The notes: a model not told the origin generated them from the letters alone. A stretch of 64,000 nt of DNA from an uncultured Bacilli bacterium (GCA_934101575.1 CAKORJ010000001.1:541972-605971); one strand, 5' to 3'. Positions 46,910 to 57,461 are shown, counted from the first letter of the stretch. A program made the numbers and translations.

Positions 46910-47719
46910 TTATAAATATTTATCTATGAAGACTGCTACTCCATTTTTATCATTTGTGTCTGTTATGTAGTCTGCTTTTTCTTTTAGTTCTTGACAGGCA
47001 TTTCCCATGGCTACTTTTATTCCACTTTCTTTAAACATATCTATATCATTATAGTAATCTCCAAAACAGATGCTTTCTTCTTTTTTTATATTTAAATAAT
47101 CTAATAATATTTTTATACCATGTCCTTTTGATACATCTTTATTATTTATATCTAGACTATATCTATCTGATATTGTTGTATCTAAGAAACTATTTGAGTA
47201 ATGATTTATTGATAAGTCTAAATCTTGTATAAAGCTTTTTGCACTTAAGATCTGTTCTATATCATTACTTATAAATATTATTTGGGTTACTTGTTGGTCT
47301 TTTAGCTCTTTTTTATTTGTTATTAGTATTCCATTTTCTTTATCTTTTCCTATTAGATATTTGTTTATAAATTTCCCTTCTAGGGTTTTTATCATTACTC
47401 CTATTTGTTTTTTATTACAATAGTCCCATATTTTATTTACTTTGTTTTTTGATATTTCACTTGTGTATATTTTTTCATTTGTTTTATAATTATATATTTC
47501 TGAACCATTTGAGGATATTATTATATTTGAGGCCAGGGCTTTTCTTGATTTATCTATTGTATGAAGGATGTCTCTTCCTGATACTAGTACTACATATATA
47601 TTTTTATCTACTAATCTTTTTACCATTTTTCTTGTTTTCATTGTTACTCTTTTTCTTTTATTTACCAGAGTTCCATCTATATCTATAAATACTATTTTTA
47701 TGTTTTTTAGATTTTTCAT
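46910..47719 (-). CDS. HAD-superfamily Cof-type phosphatase
   Basis: 269 aa. FIDIDGTL motif I. Cof/YidA-like architecture. Confidence 0.75.
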   Translation of the reverse strand: MKNLKNIKIVFIDIDGTLVNKRKRVTMKTRKMVKRLVDKNIYVVLVSGRDILHTIDKSRKALASNIIISSNGSEIYNYKTNEKIYTSEISKNKVNKIWDYCNKKQIGVMIKTLEGKFINKYLIGKDKENGILITNKKELKDQQVTQIIFISNDIEQILSAKSFIQDLDLSINHYSNSFLDTTISDRYSLDINNKDVSKGHGIKILLDYLNIKKEESICFGDYYNDIDMFKESGIKVAMGNACQELKEKADYITDTNDKNGVAVFIDKYL

Positions 47720-47799
47720 ACTACATTACTCCTAGTGTCAATTATATCATATTTTTTTTATTTAAGAAAAAAAACTCTATATTTTTTTAGAGTTTTACA

Positions 47800-48936
47800 T
47801 TATTTATAAAAGAAGTTCATGAATATTAAGAATCCAAATAATAATATAGTTATTATTATTCCATTTATTCTATCTTGTTTATCAGTTCTTGTTATGAAGC
47901 CTGTAGCCATGGCTGTAGTTAATCCTCCGACTAATCCTCCTATATGGGCATAGTTATCTACTCCTGTTATGGCAAAGCCAAATGCTAGGTTTATTAATAT
48001 AATTGGTAATATTTCTTTTATTAGGGTATTTCCTAGATATACTCTATAGTTAAATCCAAAGTATAGAAGTGCTCCTAGTATACCAAATATTGCTCCACTT
48101 GCTCCGACTGATACTGCACCTTGATTTAATAATATTGAAAGTAAGCTTCCTGATAAGCCACTTAGTATATATATTGTTAGGAATTTTGTTTTTCCAAAGA
48201 ATCCTTCGGCTTGAGATCCTAATAGATATAATGCATACATATTAAATGCTATGTGTAAGAAGTTTGCATGCATAAACATTGATGTAAATAGTCTGTAATA
48301 TTGATGGTTTTCTGTTACTAATGGTCCATAGTTTGCAAATAAGTTTATTAATGCATCTTGCATGTTGAAAATAATTCCTAATAAGAATATTAGTATATTT
48401 ATTGCAATTAATGTATATGTTACTACTGGAGTTTTGGGTTTGAATAGTTCATCTACTCTTTTGGCTTCTTCCATATTTTTTTTATTTATATCCTCGGTTA
48501 TTTTCAAGAATAAATTCATTCCTTTCTCAGTGAATTTTAGTTTTTTATCTATATTGGGAAAGTATTTATAAAGAAAGTCATATTTTTTGATGTCTTTTAT
48601 GTTGTTTATTGAAACAAAGTCTATATCTTTTTCTTTGTTTAAACTCACGTTGTCTCCTAGATCTATAAATATACTTAATACTGGCATATTTATATTTAGA
48701 GTTTTTCTTTTTATATTTTTTACTATTTTTCTTGTTTTGAATGTATCGAATTCTAGTTGTTCATTGTTATGAATGTATCCGGATACTATTCTTACTATTT
48801 TGTACTCACTGTGCATATTTTCTAACCATATTTCATTTTGTGCTCCATGGAGTACAACTGGACTATAATTTTGTTCTGTTATAAAGTAATGGAGTAGTTT
48901 CATTGTTATGACATCTTTTTTATTTAGTTCTTCCAC
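47800..48936 (-). CDS. rhomboid-family intramembrane serine protease with N-terminal cytoplasmic domain
   Basis: 378 aa. GASGAIFGILGA (GxSG) and AHIGGLVGGL (catalytic His) in a multi-TM C-terminal half. Confidence 0.75.
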   Translation of the reverse strand: MEELNKKDVITMKLLHYFITEQNYSPVVLHGAQNEIWLENMHSEYKIVRIVSGYIHNNEQLEFDTFKTRKIVKNIKRKTLNINMPVLSIFIDLGDNVSLNKEKDIDFVSINNIKDIKKYDFLYKYFPNIDKKLKFTEKGMNLFLKITEDINKKNMEEAKRVDELFKPKTPVVTYTLIAINILIFLLGIIFNMQDALINLFANYGPLVTENHQYYRLFTSMFMHANFLHIAFNMYALYLLGSQAEGFFGKTKFLTIYILSGLSGSLLSILLNQGAVSVGASGAIFGILGALLYFGFNYRVYLGNTLIKEILPIILINLAFGFAITGVDNYAHIGGLVGGLTTAMATGFITRTDKQDRINGIIITILLFGFLIFMNFFYK

Positions 48937-48986
48937 TATTTCACCTTCTTTACTACTTTTTTAAGAAAAAGAACTATTTCTAGTTC

Positions 48987-49460
48987 TTATGCTATTCCTA
49001 TTATTTTTATTTCGTAATTACCATTTGGGCTTTCTACAGAAACAACGTCTCCTTTTTTATGGCCTAATAGGGCTCTTGCTATTGGAGATTCATTTGATAT
49101 TTTGCTTTCAAATGGGTCTGCTTCTTGACTACCTACTATTTTATATTCATCTATATCATCTTCGTCATCTACGTAAGATATTTTAACTGTGTTCCCTAAG
49201 CCTACTACATCTGTAGATACTTCTTCAATTATTTCAACATTTTCTACTATTGCTTCTAGTTTTTTTATTCTTGCTTCTATTTCTGCTTGTTCATTTCTTG
49301 CAGCATCATAATCGGCATTTTCAGAAAGATCTCCTAGAGCTCTAGCTTCTTTTATTGCTATTATATTTTCTGGTCTTTTTGTATTAATTAAATATTCTAA
49401 TTCTTCTTTTATTTCATCATATCCTTCTTGAGTTAAAAATATTTTTTTTCTCTCAGACAT
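48987..49460 (-). CDS. greA: transcription elongation factor GreA
   Basis: MSERKKIFLTQEGYDEIKEELEYL...LGDLSENADYDAARNEQAEIEARI. GAGGTGA RBS. ORF track start lies 60 nt upstream and is unlikely to be used. Confidence 0.9.
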   Translation of the reverse strand: MSERKKIFLTQEGYDEIKEELEYLINTKRPENIIAIKEARALGDLSENADYDAARNEQAEIEARIKKLEAIVENVEIIEEVSTDVVGLGNTVKISYVDDEDDIDEYKIVGSQEADPFESKISNESPIARALLGHKKGDVVSVESPNGNYEIKIIGIA

Positions 49461-49528
49461 GTTTATCACCTCACAAATTAAACTATTTAAAAGGATACTA
49501 TTTTTTTTATGTTTTGTCAAGGTCTTGA

Positions 49529-50704
49529 CTAAAATTTAACTCTTATCATTGAGTTTTTTGGATATTTATTATTTGTTTTTATTTTTATTATTTGTTTTGG
49601 ATGTCTAGCGCAGTCTATTTCGTTTAAATCTTCATCATATATGTTCTTAAATACTATGTTATGTTCTTTTCCATCTGGTGTGAATACTACGGCTTCATCT
49701 TCTTTTTTAAAGTAGTTTCTTTGTTCTAATACTAATATATGTTCTTTGTTGTCATAGTCTATTACTACTGCTAAGAAGTCTTGATTTGATGCTTCGTCTC
49801 TTCCATTATAGTACTGATCGTTTTCATCTGTTGTTCCTTTAAAGTACTGAGATGTTGACTCTCTATTTGCTACTCTTGTTAGTATTTTATTATTTTTTTC
49901 TAGTAACTCTTTAGTGAAGCTATTATTATAATATGCATCTATTAGTTTTCGATAACAACTTATTACTGTTGCAACGTAATAACTACTTCTCATTCTACCT
50001 TCTATTTTTAATGATTTTACTCCTATTTCTATTAACTCTGGAATGTGATTACTCAAGTTTAGATCTTTGGTTGCAATAGAATATTTTGTTTTTCTTTCTT
50101 TATCTAAGTCAAATATGAATCTACATACTTGGGCACATCCTCCTCTATTTGAGTCTCTATTTGTGAAATAGTTTGATAGGACACATCTTCCTGAATAACA
50201 TGTACACATTGCACCGTGAAGGAAGACTTCTATTTCGGCATTTGTTTCTTTTATTATTTCTTCTATTTGTTTTTTATTTGTTTCTCTTGCTAAGACTACT
50301 CTTTCTACTCCTTGTTCTAACCAGTATTTTACACTTTCTTTGTTTGTTGTTGAGTTTTGAGTACTTATATGAATATTTAAGTTTATATTTTCTTGTTTTA
50401 CTATATCTATTATTAAGGGATCACTTACTATTATTGCATCTATATTACATTTTTCTAGTTCTTTTAAGTACTCTGTTAAGCCTTCTAAATCTTCATTATG
50501 AAATATTATATTTACTGTTACATATAACTTTTTATTTAATTTATGAGCGTATTCTGAAGCTTTTTTTATGCCTTCTAAGGAGAAGTTATTAGCATTTGCC
50601 CTAAGGCTGTAATTTTGTCCTCCTATGTAACAAGCATCTGCACCATATAAATATGCTATTTTTAATTTTTCTAAATCTCCGGCTGGAGCTAATAATTCTA
50701 TCAT
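49529..50704 (-). CDS. peptidase U32 family protein (YrrO-like; tRNA ho5U synthesis partner)
   Basis: 391 aa. MIELLAPAGDLEKLKIAYLYGADA. Conserved Cys cluster CTCYSGRC. Confidence 0.8.
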   Translation of the reverse strand: MIELLAPAGDLEKLKIAYLYGADACYIGGQNYSLRANANNFSLEGIKKASEYAHKLNKKLYVTVNIIFHNEDLEGLTEYLKELEKCNIDAIIVSDPLIIDIVKQENINLNIHISTQNSTTNKESVKYWLEQGVERVVLARETNKKQIEEIIKETNAEIEVFLHGAMCTCYSGRCVLSNYFTNRDSNRGGCAQVCRFIFDLDKERKTKYSIATKDLNLSNHIPELIEIGVKSLKIEGRMRSSYYVATVISCYRKLIDAYYNNSFTKELLEKNNKILTRVANRESTSQYFKGTTDENDQYYNGRDEASNQDFLAVVIDYDNKEHILVLEQRNYFKKEDEAVVFTPDGKEHNIVFKNIYDEDLNEIDCARHPKQIIKIKTNNKYPKNSMIRVKF

Positions 50705-51543
50705 TTTCTTTTCACCTTATATATTGTTTTTTTATCTAGAAATAATGTACTTGTATTATTTATTATATTTTTTATTTGCTTTTCTCTTTCTAATAGTTCT
50801 TGATCTGTTTCATTTTTATTTAATGCTTCTTCATAGATTTTTGCTACTTTGTTAAATTTTTCTTCATCTAATAAGATATCATTTAATATTATGTATTTTA
50901 TTCCAGCTTGTTTTAATCTATTTAAGTATTTTATCCCATTTAGTACTTCTTTTGTATATATTTTTGTACATGTTTTATTTTCTATTATAGGATAACTATT
51001 TTCTTTTTCTATCATTTTGTGTACTTTTTCTTGATTTTTTTCTTTTGTATGATTAAAGTAATTTGTTATTAGTTTTCTTTTTGATATAGCCATTAGTTGA
51101 TATCCAAATGCATTTATATATAGATCAATTTTTGTATTTTTTGCTAACTGTTCTATTTCTTCTATTGTTATTTCCCCGGATATTACTGCACCTTTTATAT
51201 TTTGTTTTTCATAGAAGTTACATGTTTTATAGTTTGTTACTAAAAAGTTTTGGTTCCATATTAATGGTGTTTTTAGATTTAGTCTTTTTGATATATGGAG
51301 TACTGCTAAATCATAGAATAGTATTCCTTTAATATTTAGTTTATCTATTTCTTTCAATGATTCTTCTAGTTTTGGTAAGTCTTCATTAAACATGTTTTTA
51401 TCTAGAGCTAGATATATTTCTTTATCTTTATATTTATTTAGTTCTTCTAATGATATTTCATTTTCATATGTTGATAAGTCTTTTAAACCAAAAAGAAGAG
51501 TTTTTGCTCCCTTATAGTTTTTTGTATTATATATAATTTTCAT
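50701..51543 (-). CDS. peptidase U32 family protein (YrrN-like)
   Basis: 280 aa. Paired with the preceding U32 gene and the O-methyltransferase, as in the B. subtilis yrrMNO cluster. Confidence 0.65.
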   Translation of the reverse strand: MKIIYNTKNYKGAKTLLFGLKDLSTYENEISLEELNKYKDKEIYLALDKNMFNEDLPKLEESLKEIDKLNIKGILFYDLAVLHISKRLNLKTPLIWNQNFLVTNYKTCNFYEKQNIKGAVISGEITIEEIEQLAKNTKIDLYINAFGYQLMAISKRKLITNYFNHTKEKNQEKVHKMIEKENSYPIIENKTCTKIYTKEVLNGIKYLNRLKQAGIKYIILNDILLDEEKFNKVAKIYEEALNKNETDQELLEREKQIKNIINNTSTLFLDKKTIYKVKRK

Positions 51544-52145
51544 TATTTTAACCTTCTTTCGGTAACAGATATTCCATCTCCTAATTCATAGAATTTTGTT
51601 TTATATTTTATATTGTTATTTAAGAATTCTATATAGCTTCTTATTTTTTTGACTAGTCCTCTTATATTTCTACTGGTTATGTCTTTTAAATCTTTTTTTA
51701 CATATCCATGAAAGCTTAAATTATCTGTTATGATTGCTCCGGTTATTTCTAAATTGTTTTCAAATTTATTGAAGAATTCTTTGTTTTTACTTTTTGCTGC
51801 GTCTATTATTATTAGATCGAATTTTTCTTTTAGTTTTACTTCTAAGGCATCGTTATAAATTAATGTTATTCTATCTTCTAGGTTCATTTTTTTTACGTTT
51901 TTTAGAGCTTTTATATATCTGTCTTTATCTTTTTCTATTGTTGTTACTGTTACTAGTGGTGAAGATAAGGCCATCATTATTGATGAGTATCCTACGGCTG
52001 TTCCTATTTCAAGAATTTTTTTTACTCTGTTATCTGCGATATAATCTGTTATAAAATCTATTGTTTCATCTTGCATTATTGGTATGTTTTCATCTAATGC
52101 TTCTTGTTTTATTTCTTCTAAATCTTTATAAATTTCTTTTACCAT
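51543..52145 (-). CDS. class I SAM-dependent O-methyltransferase (YrrM/TrmR-like)
   Basis: 200 aa. LEIGTAVGYSSIMMA SAM-binding motif. yrrM position. Confidence 0.75.
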   Translation of the reverse strand: MVKEIYKDLEEIKQEALDENIPIMQDETIDFITDYIADNRVKKILEIGTAVGYSSIMMALSSPLVTVTTIEKDKDRYIKALKNVKKMNLEDRITLIYNDALEVKLKEKFDLIIIDAAKSKNKEFFNKFENNLEITGAIITDNLSFHGYVKKDLKDITSRNIRGLVKKIRSYIEFLNNNIKYKTKFYELGDGISVTERRLK

Positions 52146-53236
52146 TCAAACCACAATCCCTTATTTTTTAGTTCTAATATTACTTTATTATGTGTTTCAT
52201 AATCTTTTGTTAAGTAAACTTTTCCATTTTTGTCTGTGACGAAATAATAGTATTCGTGTTTACTTGGGTTTATTGCTGCGTCTATTGCTCCTAGTGAAGG
52301 ATTACATATTGGTCCTACTGGGAGTTTTCCTGCTAGACTTGTACTTCTTGTATTATATGGATTTGCTTCATCGTACTCTGATTGATAAAGTTCTCCGTTC
52401 ATTTCTTTTTTTGCTCCATAGTAACTTGTTGGGTCGCTTCCTAAATTCATTTTTGCTTTTAGTCTGTTATAGAATAGTCCAGCTATATCTTTTCTACTGT
52501 CTTGTTTTACTTCTAGTTCTACAATTGAAGCCATTGTTAATATTTGATGAGTAGTATAACCACTTTTTTCTATTTGTTTTTGATATTTACTTAGTTTTTT
52601 ATCCATGTGAGTAATCATTTCATTAAATATTTCTTTAGTACTTACATTTTTTGAATTAAAATTATATGAATCTGGGAATAAGTAACCTTCTAATTTATAA
52701 TATATGTTTTTGTTTTTTATATCTTTTGTTATGAACCAGTATTTTTTTATTAATTCATTTATATATGTTTCATCATTTGATAAGTTTATTACATCTTCAT
52801 AGGAGTTATTTGTATTTTTTGCTATTTCTTTTGCTATTTGTCTTATGTTTTGTCCTTCTTTAAATGTTAGTGTTATCTCATCTTTATTTACTCCGCCTTT
52901 TTTTAGTTTTGATACTATTTCTCCTAGTGTCATGTTGCTATTTAAATCATATTTTGCGGCATATATTTGTTTTGCATCTTTTACTACGACATATGCTAGA
53001 AACACTTTTTCATTTTTTATTAGTCCTTCTTTTTTTAAATTTTGTCCTATTTGACTAAGTGATTCGCCTTCTTTTACTATGAAGTCTACTTCTTTTCCTT
53101 TTAGGGATACAGGACTTAGAAAATATATTACTAGTACTATTCCTATTAGACAAATACCTAGTATTATACTTAAAAATATATTTGCTTTTTTATATTTATT
53201 TTTATGCTTGCTCTTCATTATTCTTTCCACTTTCAT
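52139..53236 (-). CDS. mltG: endolytic murein transglycosylase MltG (YceG family)
   Basis: 365 aa. N-terminal TM, LysM-like region, YceG core with GLPVGPICNPS. Confidence 0.85.
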   Translation of the reverse strand: MKVERIMKSKHKNKYKKANIFLSIILGICLIGIVLVIYFLSPVSLKGKEVDFIVKEGESLSQIGQNLKKEGLIKNEKVFLAYVVVKDAKQIYAAKYDLNSNMTLGEIVSKLKKGGVNKDEITLTFKEGQNIRQIAKEIAKNTNNSYEDVINLSNDETYINELIKKYWFITKDIKNKNIYYKLEGYLFPDSYNFNSKNVSTKEIFNEMITHMDKKLSKYQKQIEKSGYTTHQILTMASIVELEVKQDSRKDIAGLFYNRLKAKMNLGSDPTSYYGAKKEMNGELYQSEYDEANPYNTRSTSLAGKLPVGPICNPSLGAIDAAINPSKHEYYYFVTDKNGKVYLTKDYETHNKVILELKNKGLWFEW

Positions 53237-53540
53237 CTATTGTTCTTAATGTTGTCTCTATTACTTTCCAAACTTTTTCTGAAGTAATGCTTTGTAGTTT
53301 CGTATAACCGTTTTCTTCTTGTATTTCAGAACCATATACTATGTTACTTCCATTTTCATCTTTTTCATAAGCAGTATAAGCCCTATATCTTTTTTGTGTT
53401 TCTTGATCGTCAAATTCCAGTAACTTATAAAATACTTTGCTTTCACCTTTTTCATTAAAGATTATAAATGAATTTTCACTTAACTCTTGAACATTATTTT
53501 TTATTTGTTCATCTATCATCTTTTTTATTTCTTCACTCAT
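53202..53540 (-). CDS. DUF1292 / UPF0473 family protein (YrzB-like)
   Basis: 112 aa, acidic. Conserved position between ruvX and mltG. Confidence 0.65.
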   Translation of the reverse strand: MSEEIKKMIDEQIKNNVQELSENSFIIFNEKGESKVFYKLLEFDDQETQKRYRAYTAYEKDENGSNIVYGSEIQEENGYTKLQSITSEKVWKVIETTLRTIDESGKNNEEQA

Positions 53541-53544
53541 ACTA

Positions 53545-53958
53545 TCACTTTTCCTTTCTGTCCAAGTAAGCTTTTAGTATTACTACGGCAGATAAGCCAT
53601 CTATTACTTTTTTTCTTTTTTTTCTTGATAAATCTGCGTCTATTAGGACACTTTCTGCCATTCTTGTTGATAGCCTTTCATCTTGTAAAATTATTTCTTT
53701 ATCTATTTGCTTTTCTAACTTTTGTTTGAACTCTTTTGTTTCTTTTGTTCTAAAGCCTTCGGAGTTATCCATGTTTTTTGGATATCCTAATACTAATTTA
53801 TCTATATTTTCTTTGTTTATTATTTCTATTAATTCTTTTATTAGATTTTCTTCATTTTCATATCTGATATTTTTGTAGAATGTTGCAATTGTTCCTGTTC
53901 TATCTGATATTGCAAGTCCTAGTGATTTTTTTCCTAAATCTAATCCTAAATATCTCAT
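53545..53958 (-). CDS. ruvX: putative pre-16S rRNA nuclease / Holliday junction resolvase-like YqgF (RuvX)
   Basis: 137 aa. MRYLGLDLGKKSLGLAISD N-terminus. Confidence 0.85.
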   Translation of the reverse strand: MRYLGLDLGKKSLGLAISDRTGTIATFYKNIRYENEENLIKELIEIINKENIDKLVLGYPKNMDNSEGFRTKETKEFKQKLEKQIDKEIILQDERLSTRMAESVLIDADLSRKKRKKVIDGLSAVVILKAYLDRKEK

Positions 53959-54203
53959 TTTACATCCTTTAAGTAGTATTTAAGAAGTGCTTCTAATATT
54001 TTTTCTCTTTCTAATTTTTGAATTTTTTTTCTTGAATCTTTATAGCTTGATATATATCCTAAATCGCCACTCATTAGGTATCCTACTATTTGATTAATTC
54101 CATTGTATCCTTTTTCATTTAGAGCATTGTTTACGTGGGATAATGTTTCTGTTATCATGTAATTTTCTAATTCGTCTACTCTAAATATCATTGTATTTTC
54201 CAT
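53955..54203 (-). CDS. ireB: UPF0297 protein IreB (YrzL-like)
   Basis: 82 aa. NALNEKGYNGINQIVGYLMSGD matches the YrzL/IreB core. Confidence 0.75.
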   Translation of the reverse strand: MENTMIFRVDELENYMITETLSHVNNALNEKGYNGINQIVGYLMSGDLGYISSYKDSRKKIQKLEREKILEALLKYYLKDVK

Positions 54204-54293
54204 AATTCACCTCATTTTTTTCATATTTATTTTATCATTTTTAGTAATAATAAGCAAGTAATGTTTTGAAAGTAATAAAAAAAGGAGAACTTT

Positions 54294-55235
54294 TTATAGT
54301 TTTCTTGTTCTACCTTTTTCTACTGTATATTGTGGAAGTGAGTCTTCATAGTATGCCCCAACTAAATATTTTCCGTCTATTACTGGCTCATGTAACATTT
54401 TTGATTTTGTACTTGAATATAAAGTCGCTTCTGTATAAGTGTTTTTCTTGTTTACAGTTATGTTTTCTTCTGGGATTCCTCTATTTGTTATCATGTTTAT
54501 TATTGCTTGTTCTTGATCTATGTTACTACATATTAATCCTATAGATAAGTTTATTAGTTTTTGGATAGTATTTTGTCCTTGATAGAAAGTAAACCTCTTT
54601 TTTATGCAACCTTTCCATAATTCAGGATTATTTTTTATTGCTTTTGGTTTTAGTATTATTCTATTGCTTTCTTGTTTTAAATTAGAACTTATGTATACTT
54701 TTATGTCATCTAGACTTGAACCTGCTTCTTTTTTTAAAGCATTTATCATGTGTAATGGAATTCTATCTCCTATTTGTCTTAATCCACAATGTGCTAATGC
54801 TGTTATTCCTTTTTTTTGATCTTCCATTATTACTACTGGATCATCTGAGACAGGATAACCTATTGTTATTCCTGGATTATCTTTTTTTAATAATACTATA
54901 TCTCCGGGTGTTTTTACTTTTTTAAGATTTTTATCTTTTTGATATATTTTTTCGTCTGCAATGAAGTACTCACCTGGTCTGTACTTTATACCATTATCAT
55001 ATGGTACAACTAGTTTTTCTCCATCAAAGCCGTATTCTTTTCCTACTTTTCGCATGTTTTCTTCATATTTTTCTTTTGTTTCTTTAATTGCTTTTTCTTT
55101 TGAAGAAAAGTCCATTTGATCAAAGTCTTTTACTGCATCTTGTAGATAGTATTTAAATGACATTTGTCCATCTATTATTCCTGTTTCTATTATTGATACT
55201 TTTTTCCTCTTTTCCATATTTATTGCCCCCTTCAT
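54294..55235 (-). CDS. YfiH/PgeF (DUF152, laccase-domain) family protein, divergent
   Basis: 313 aa. ITALAHCGLRQIG resembles AAAHAGWRGL. NTYTEATLYS resembles CTYTENETFFSY. The conserved Cys of ADC is replaced (SDDP). Confidence 0.45.
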   Translation of the reverse strand: MKGAINMEKRKKVSIIETGIIDGQMSFKYYLQDAVKDFDQMDFSSKEKAIKETKEKYEENMRKVGKEYGFDGEKLVVPYDNGIKYRPGEYFIADEKIYQKDKNLKKVKTPGDIVLLKKDNPGITIGYPVSDDPVVIMEDQKKGITALAHCGLRQIGDRIPLHMINALKKEAGSSLDDIKVYISSNLKQESNRIILKPKAIKNNPELWKGCIKKRFTFYQGQNTIQKLINLSIGLICSNIDQEQAIINMITNRGIPEENITVNKKNTYTEATLYSSTKSKMLHEPVIDGKYLVGAYYEDSLPQYTVEKGRTRKL

Positions 55236-55297
55236 TTAATCGTACAGATTATACCACTTTTCAGTAAAAAAAGCAAGGCTTTTCACTTACTTTTCAC

Positions 55298-56608
55298 TTA
55301 TTTTTGGTTTTTTGTAATTTGCGTTTTGATTCTATTAATTTGTTCTAATCTAACTTTTACATTTTTTTCATTACCTGATTGACTAGGAAAATAAAATTTT
55401 TGATTAAGCAGGCTATCTGGTAAACATTTCATGTCTGTCATTTTGTATTTATAATCTTGTGAATATTCATATCCTTTTCCATAGCCCATTTCTTCATCTA
55501 ACTTAGTTACAGCATTTTTTAATCTATTAGGAACTTTTACATGAGGAGTTTTTTTTGCTACTTCTTTTGCTTTTTCATATGCTGTGTAAAGTGAATTTGA
55601 TTTTGGAGATGTTGCTAGGTACACTACTGCCTGGGCTAAATTAACATTGCATTCTGGAGAACCTATATATTTACAAGCATCAAAGACTGCTACTGCTTGA
55701 ACTAGTGCATTTGAATTTGCAAGACCTATGTCTTCGGAAGCAAATCTAATGAGCCTCCTGGCAATATAGAGTGGGTCTTCTCCGGTTTCAAACATTCGTG
55801 CTAAATAATATAAGGATGCGTCTACATCACTATTTCTTAATGATTTATGTAAAGCACTTATTAAATTATAGTGTTCTTCTCCATTTTTATCATAGAGGAA
55901 TGTTGTTTCGCTCATTATTGTTTCTAATAATTGTTTTGTTATTTTTGTTTTGGTTTTGGGCAAGCATTTGATCGTGTTTTCTAATGTATTCAGTAGGCTT
56001 CTAGCATCTCCATTTGAAGAGTTTACTATTATATCACTTGCTTCTTTTTCTATTTTTATATTTGGATAATAGTCTTTTAAGGCTTTGTTTAATATATCTT
56101 TTAAATTATCATTTGATAGTCCATGTAATACATAAACTTTACTTCTTGAAAGAAGTGCTGAATTAATTTCAAATGATGGGTTTTCTGTCGTAGCTCCAAT
56201 TAGAATAATATCTCCATTTTCAACATAAGGAAGTAATGTATCTTGTTGTTGTTTATTGAATCTGTGAATTTCATCTATAAATAATATAGTATTTTTCTTG
56301 TTAGACTTATTCATTTTGGCAAGTGCTGCTATTTGTTTTATATCTTTTACTCCACTTTCTACTGCACTTAGTTGATGAAAGCTAGATGAAGTTGTGTTGG
56401 CTATTATTTTGGCAAGTGTTGTTTTTCCTGTTCCTGGAGGACCATAAAAGATTATAGAGGAAATGTTGTCGTTTTCTATTGTTTTTCTAAGAAGAGAATT
56501 TTTACCAACTATGTCTTCTTGTCCAACAAAATCTTCTAATTTCTGGGGTCTTGCCTTTTCTGCTAATGGCTTTAAATTAGTATTTTCATTATAATCAAAC
56601 AAGTTCAT
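55298..56608 (-). CDS. rarA: replication-associated recombination protein A (RarA/MgsA AAA+ ATPase)
   Basis: FYGPPGTGKTTLAKIIA Walker A. MgsA C-terminal domain. Start MNLFDY with AAGGAGG RBS. ORF track start lies 54 nt upstream. Confidence 0.85.
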   Translation of the reverse strand: MNLFDYNENTNLKPLAEKARPQKLEDFVGQEDIVGKNSLLRKTIENDNISSIIFYGPPGTGKTTLAKIIANTTSSSFHQLSAVESGVKDIKQIAALAKMNKSNKKNTILFIDEIHRFNKQQQDTLLPYVENGDIILIGATTENPSFEINSALLSRSKVYVLHGLSNDNLKDILNKALKDYYPNIKIEKEASDIIVNSSNGDARSLLNTLENTIKCLPKTKTKITKQLLETIMSETTFLYDKNGEEHYNLISALHKSLRNSDVDASLYYLARMFETGEDPLYIARRLIRFASEDIGLANSNALVQAVAVFDACKYIGSPECNVNLAQAVVYLATSPKSNSLYTAYEKAKEVAKKTPHVKVPNRLKNAVTKLDEEMGYGKGYEYSQDYKYKMTDMKCLPDSLLNQKFYFPSQSGNEKNVKVRLEQINRIKTQITKNQK

Positions 56609-56702
56609 AGATAATCCTCCTTTTGGGTTTATTATAGCAATTATAACCATTAAATACAACAAATTAAAAAAGACCTAATATTTTAGCAAGGTCTTTGTTT
56701 GA

Positions 56703-57161
56703 TTATTGTTTTCTTGTTTTTTGTTTACGTGTTTCTTTTTGATATTCTTCTCTGGTTTTTATACTACGAACTTTTTTTCTTAACTGTTTTTGATATTCTT
56801 CTATATTTTTGAAGTCTATGGTTTCTTCATCTGTTTCACTTAGGACTTCTGATAAGGTAAATACTGTGTTTTGATCGCTTATATATCCTATGTTATATTT
56901 TTTATCTTGGTGTTTTATATAAAATCTTTTTATTAAAAATGTGTTTCCTTCACTTATTATTGGTTCTATTTGATTTTTTTCGGCATAGGCTTCGGTCAAT
57001 CTATAAAAATATTCTAAATTTTTCACATTTCTTATATCTTCTTGTGTTGCTCCTTCTGTGTTGTATTTATAGAAATCACTTCCAAAACCTGCTTTATCAT
57101 TTAGAAATTTTTGTACCCAATTCATATACTCTTCATTTATTAGTTCTTTGTTATTGCTCAT
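56703..57161 (-). CDS. hypothetical protein
   Basis: 152 aa. No recognised domain. Lys/Glu-rich C-terminus. Confidence 0.35.
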   Translation of the reverse strand: MSNNKELINEEYMNWVQKFLNDKAGFGSDFYKYNTEGATQEDIRNVKNLEYFYRLTEAYAEKNQIEPIISEGNTFLIKRFYIKHQDKKYNIGYISDQNTVFTLSEVLSETDEETIDFKNIEEYQKQLRKKVRSIKTREEYQKETRKQKTRKQ

Positions 57162-57185
57162 ATTTTCCCCCTTTAATATGAAATA

Positions 57186-57205
57186 AAAAACCCCTTAGGG
57201 GTTTA
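57186..57205 (-). terminator. terminator of the tRNA cluster (CCCC-TAAG-GGGG plus U-run)
   Basis: Plus-strand AAAAACCCCTTAGGGGTTT immediately 3' of tRNA-Glu. Confidence 0.6.
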
Positions 57206-57215
57206 CTTTTATATT

Positions 57216-57292
57216 TGGTGACCAGTACGGGATTTGAACCCGTGAATGCTGCCGTGAAAGGGCAGTGTGTTCAACCGCTTCACCAACTGGCC
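57216..57292 (-). tRNA. tRNA-Glu (anticodon TTC), CCA encoded
   Basis: GGCCAGTTGGTGAAGCGGTTGAACACACTGCCCTTTCACGGCAGCATTCACGGGTTCAAATCCCGTACTGGTCACCA. Near-identical in layout to B. subtilis tRNA-Glu. Confidence 0.9.
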
Positions 57293-57301
57293 ATTTAAAA
57301 A

Positions 57302-57378
57302 TGGCGCCTCAACTAGGACTCGAACCTAGGACCCCTTGATTAACAGTCAAGTGCTCTAACCGACTGAGCTATTGAGGC
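57302..57378 (-). tRNA. tRNA-Asn (anticodon GTT), CCA encoded
   Basis: GCCTCAATAGCTCAGTCGGTTAGAGCACTTGACTGTTAATCAAGGGGTCCTAGGTTCGAGTCCTAGTTGAGGCGCCA. Confidence 0.9.
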
Positions 57379-57384
57379 ATAAAA

Positions 57385-57461
<77 letters not shown>

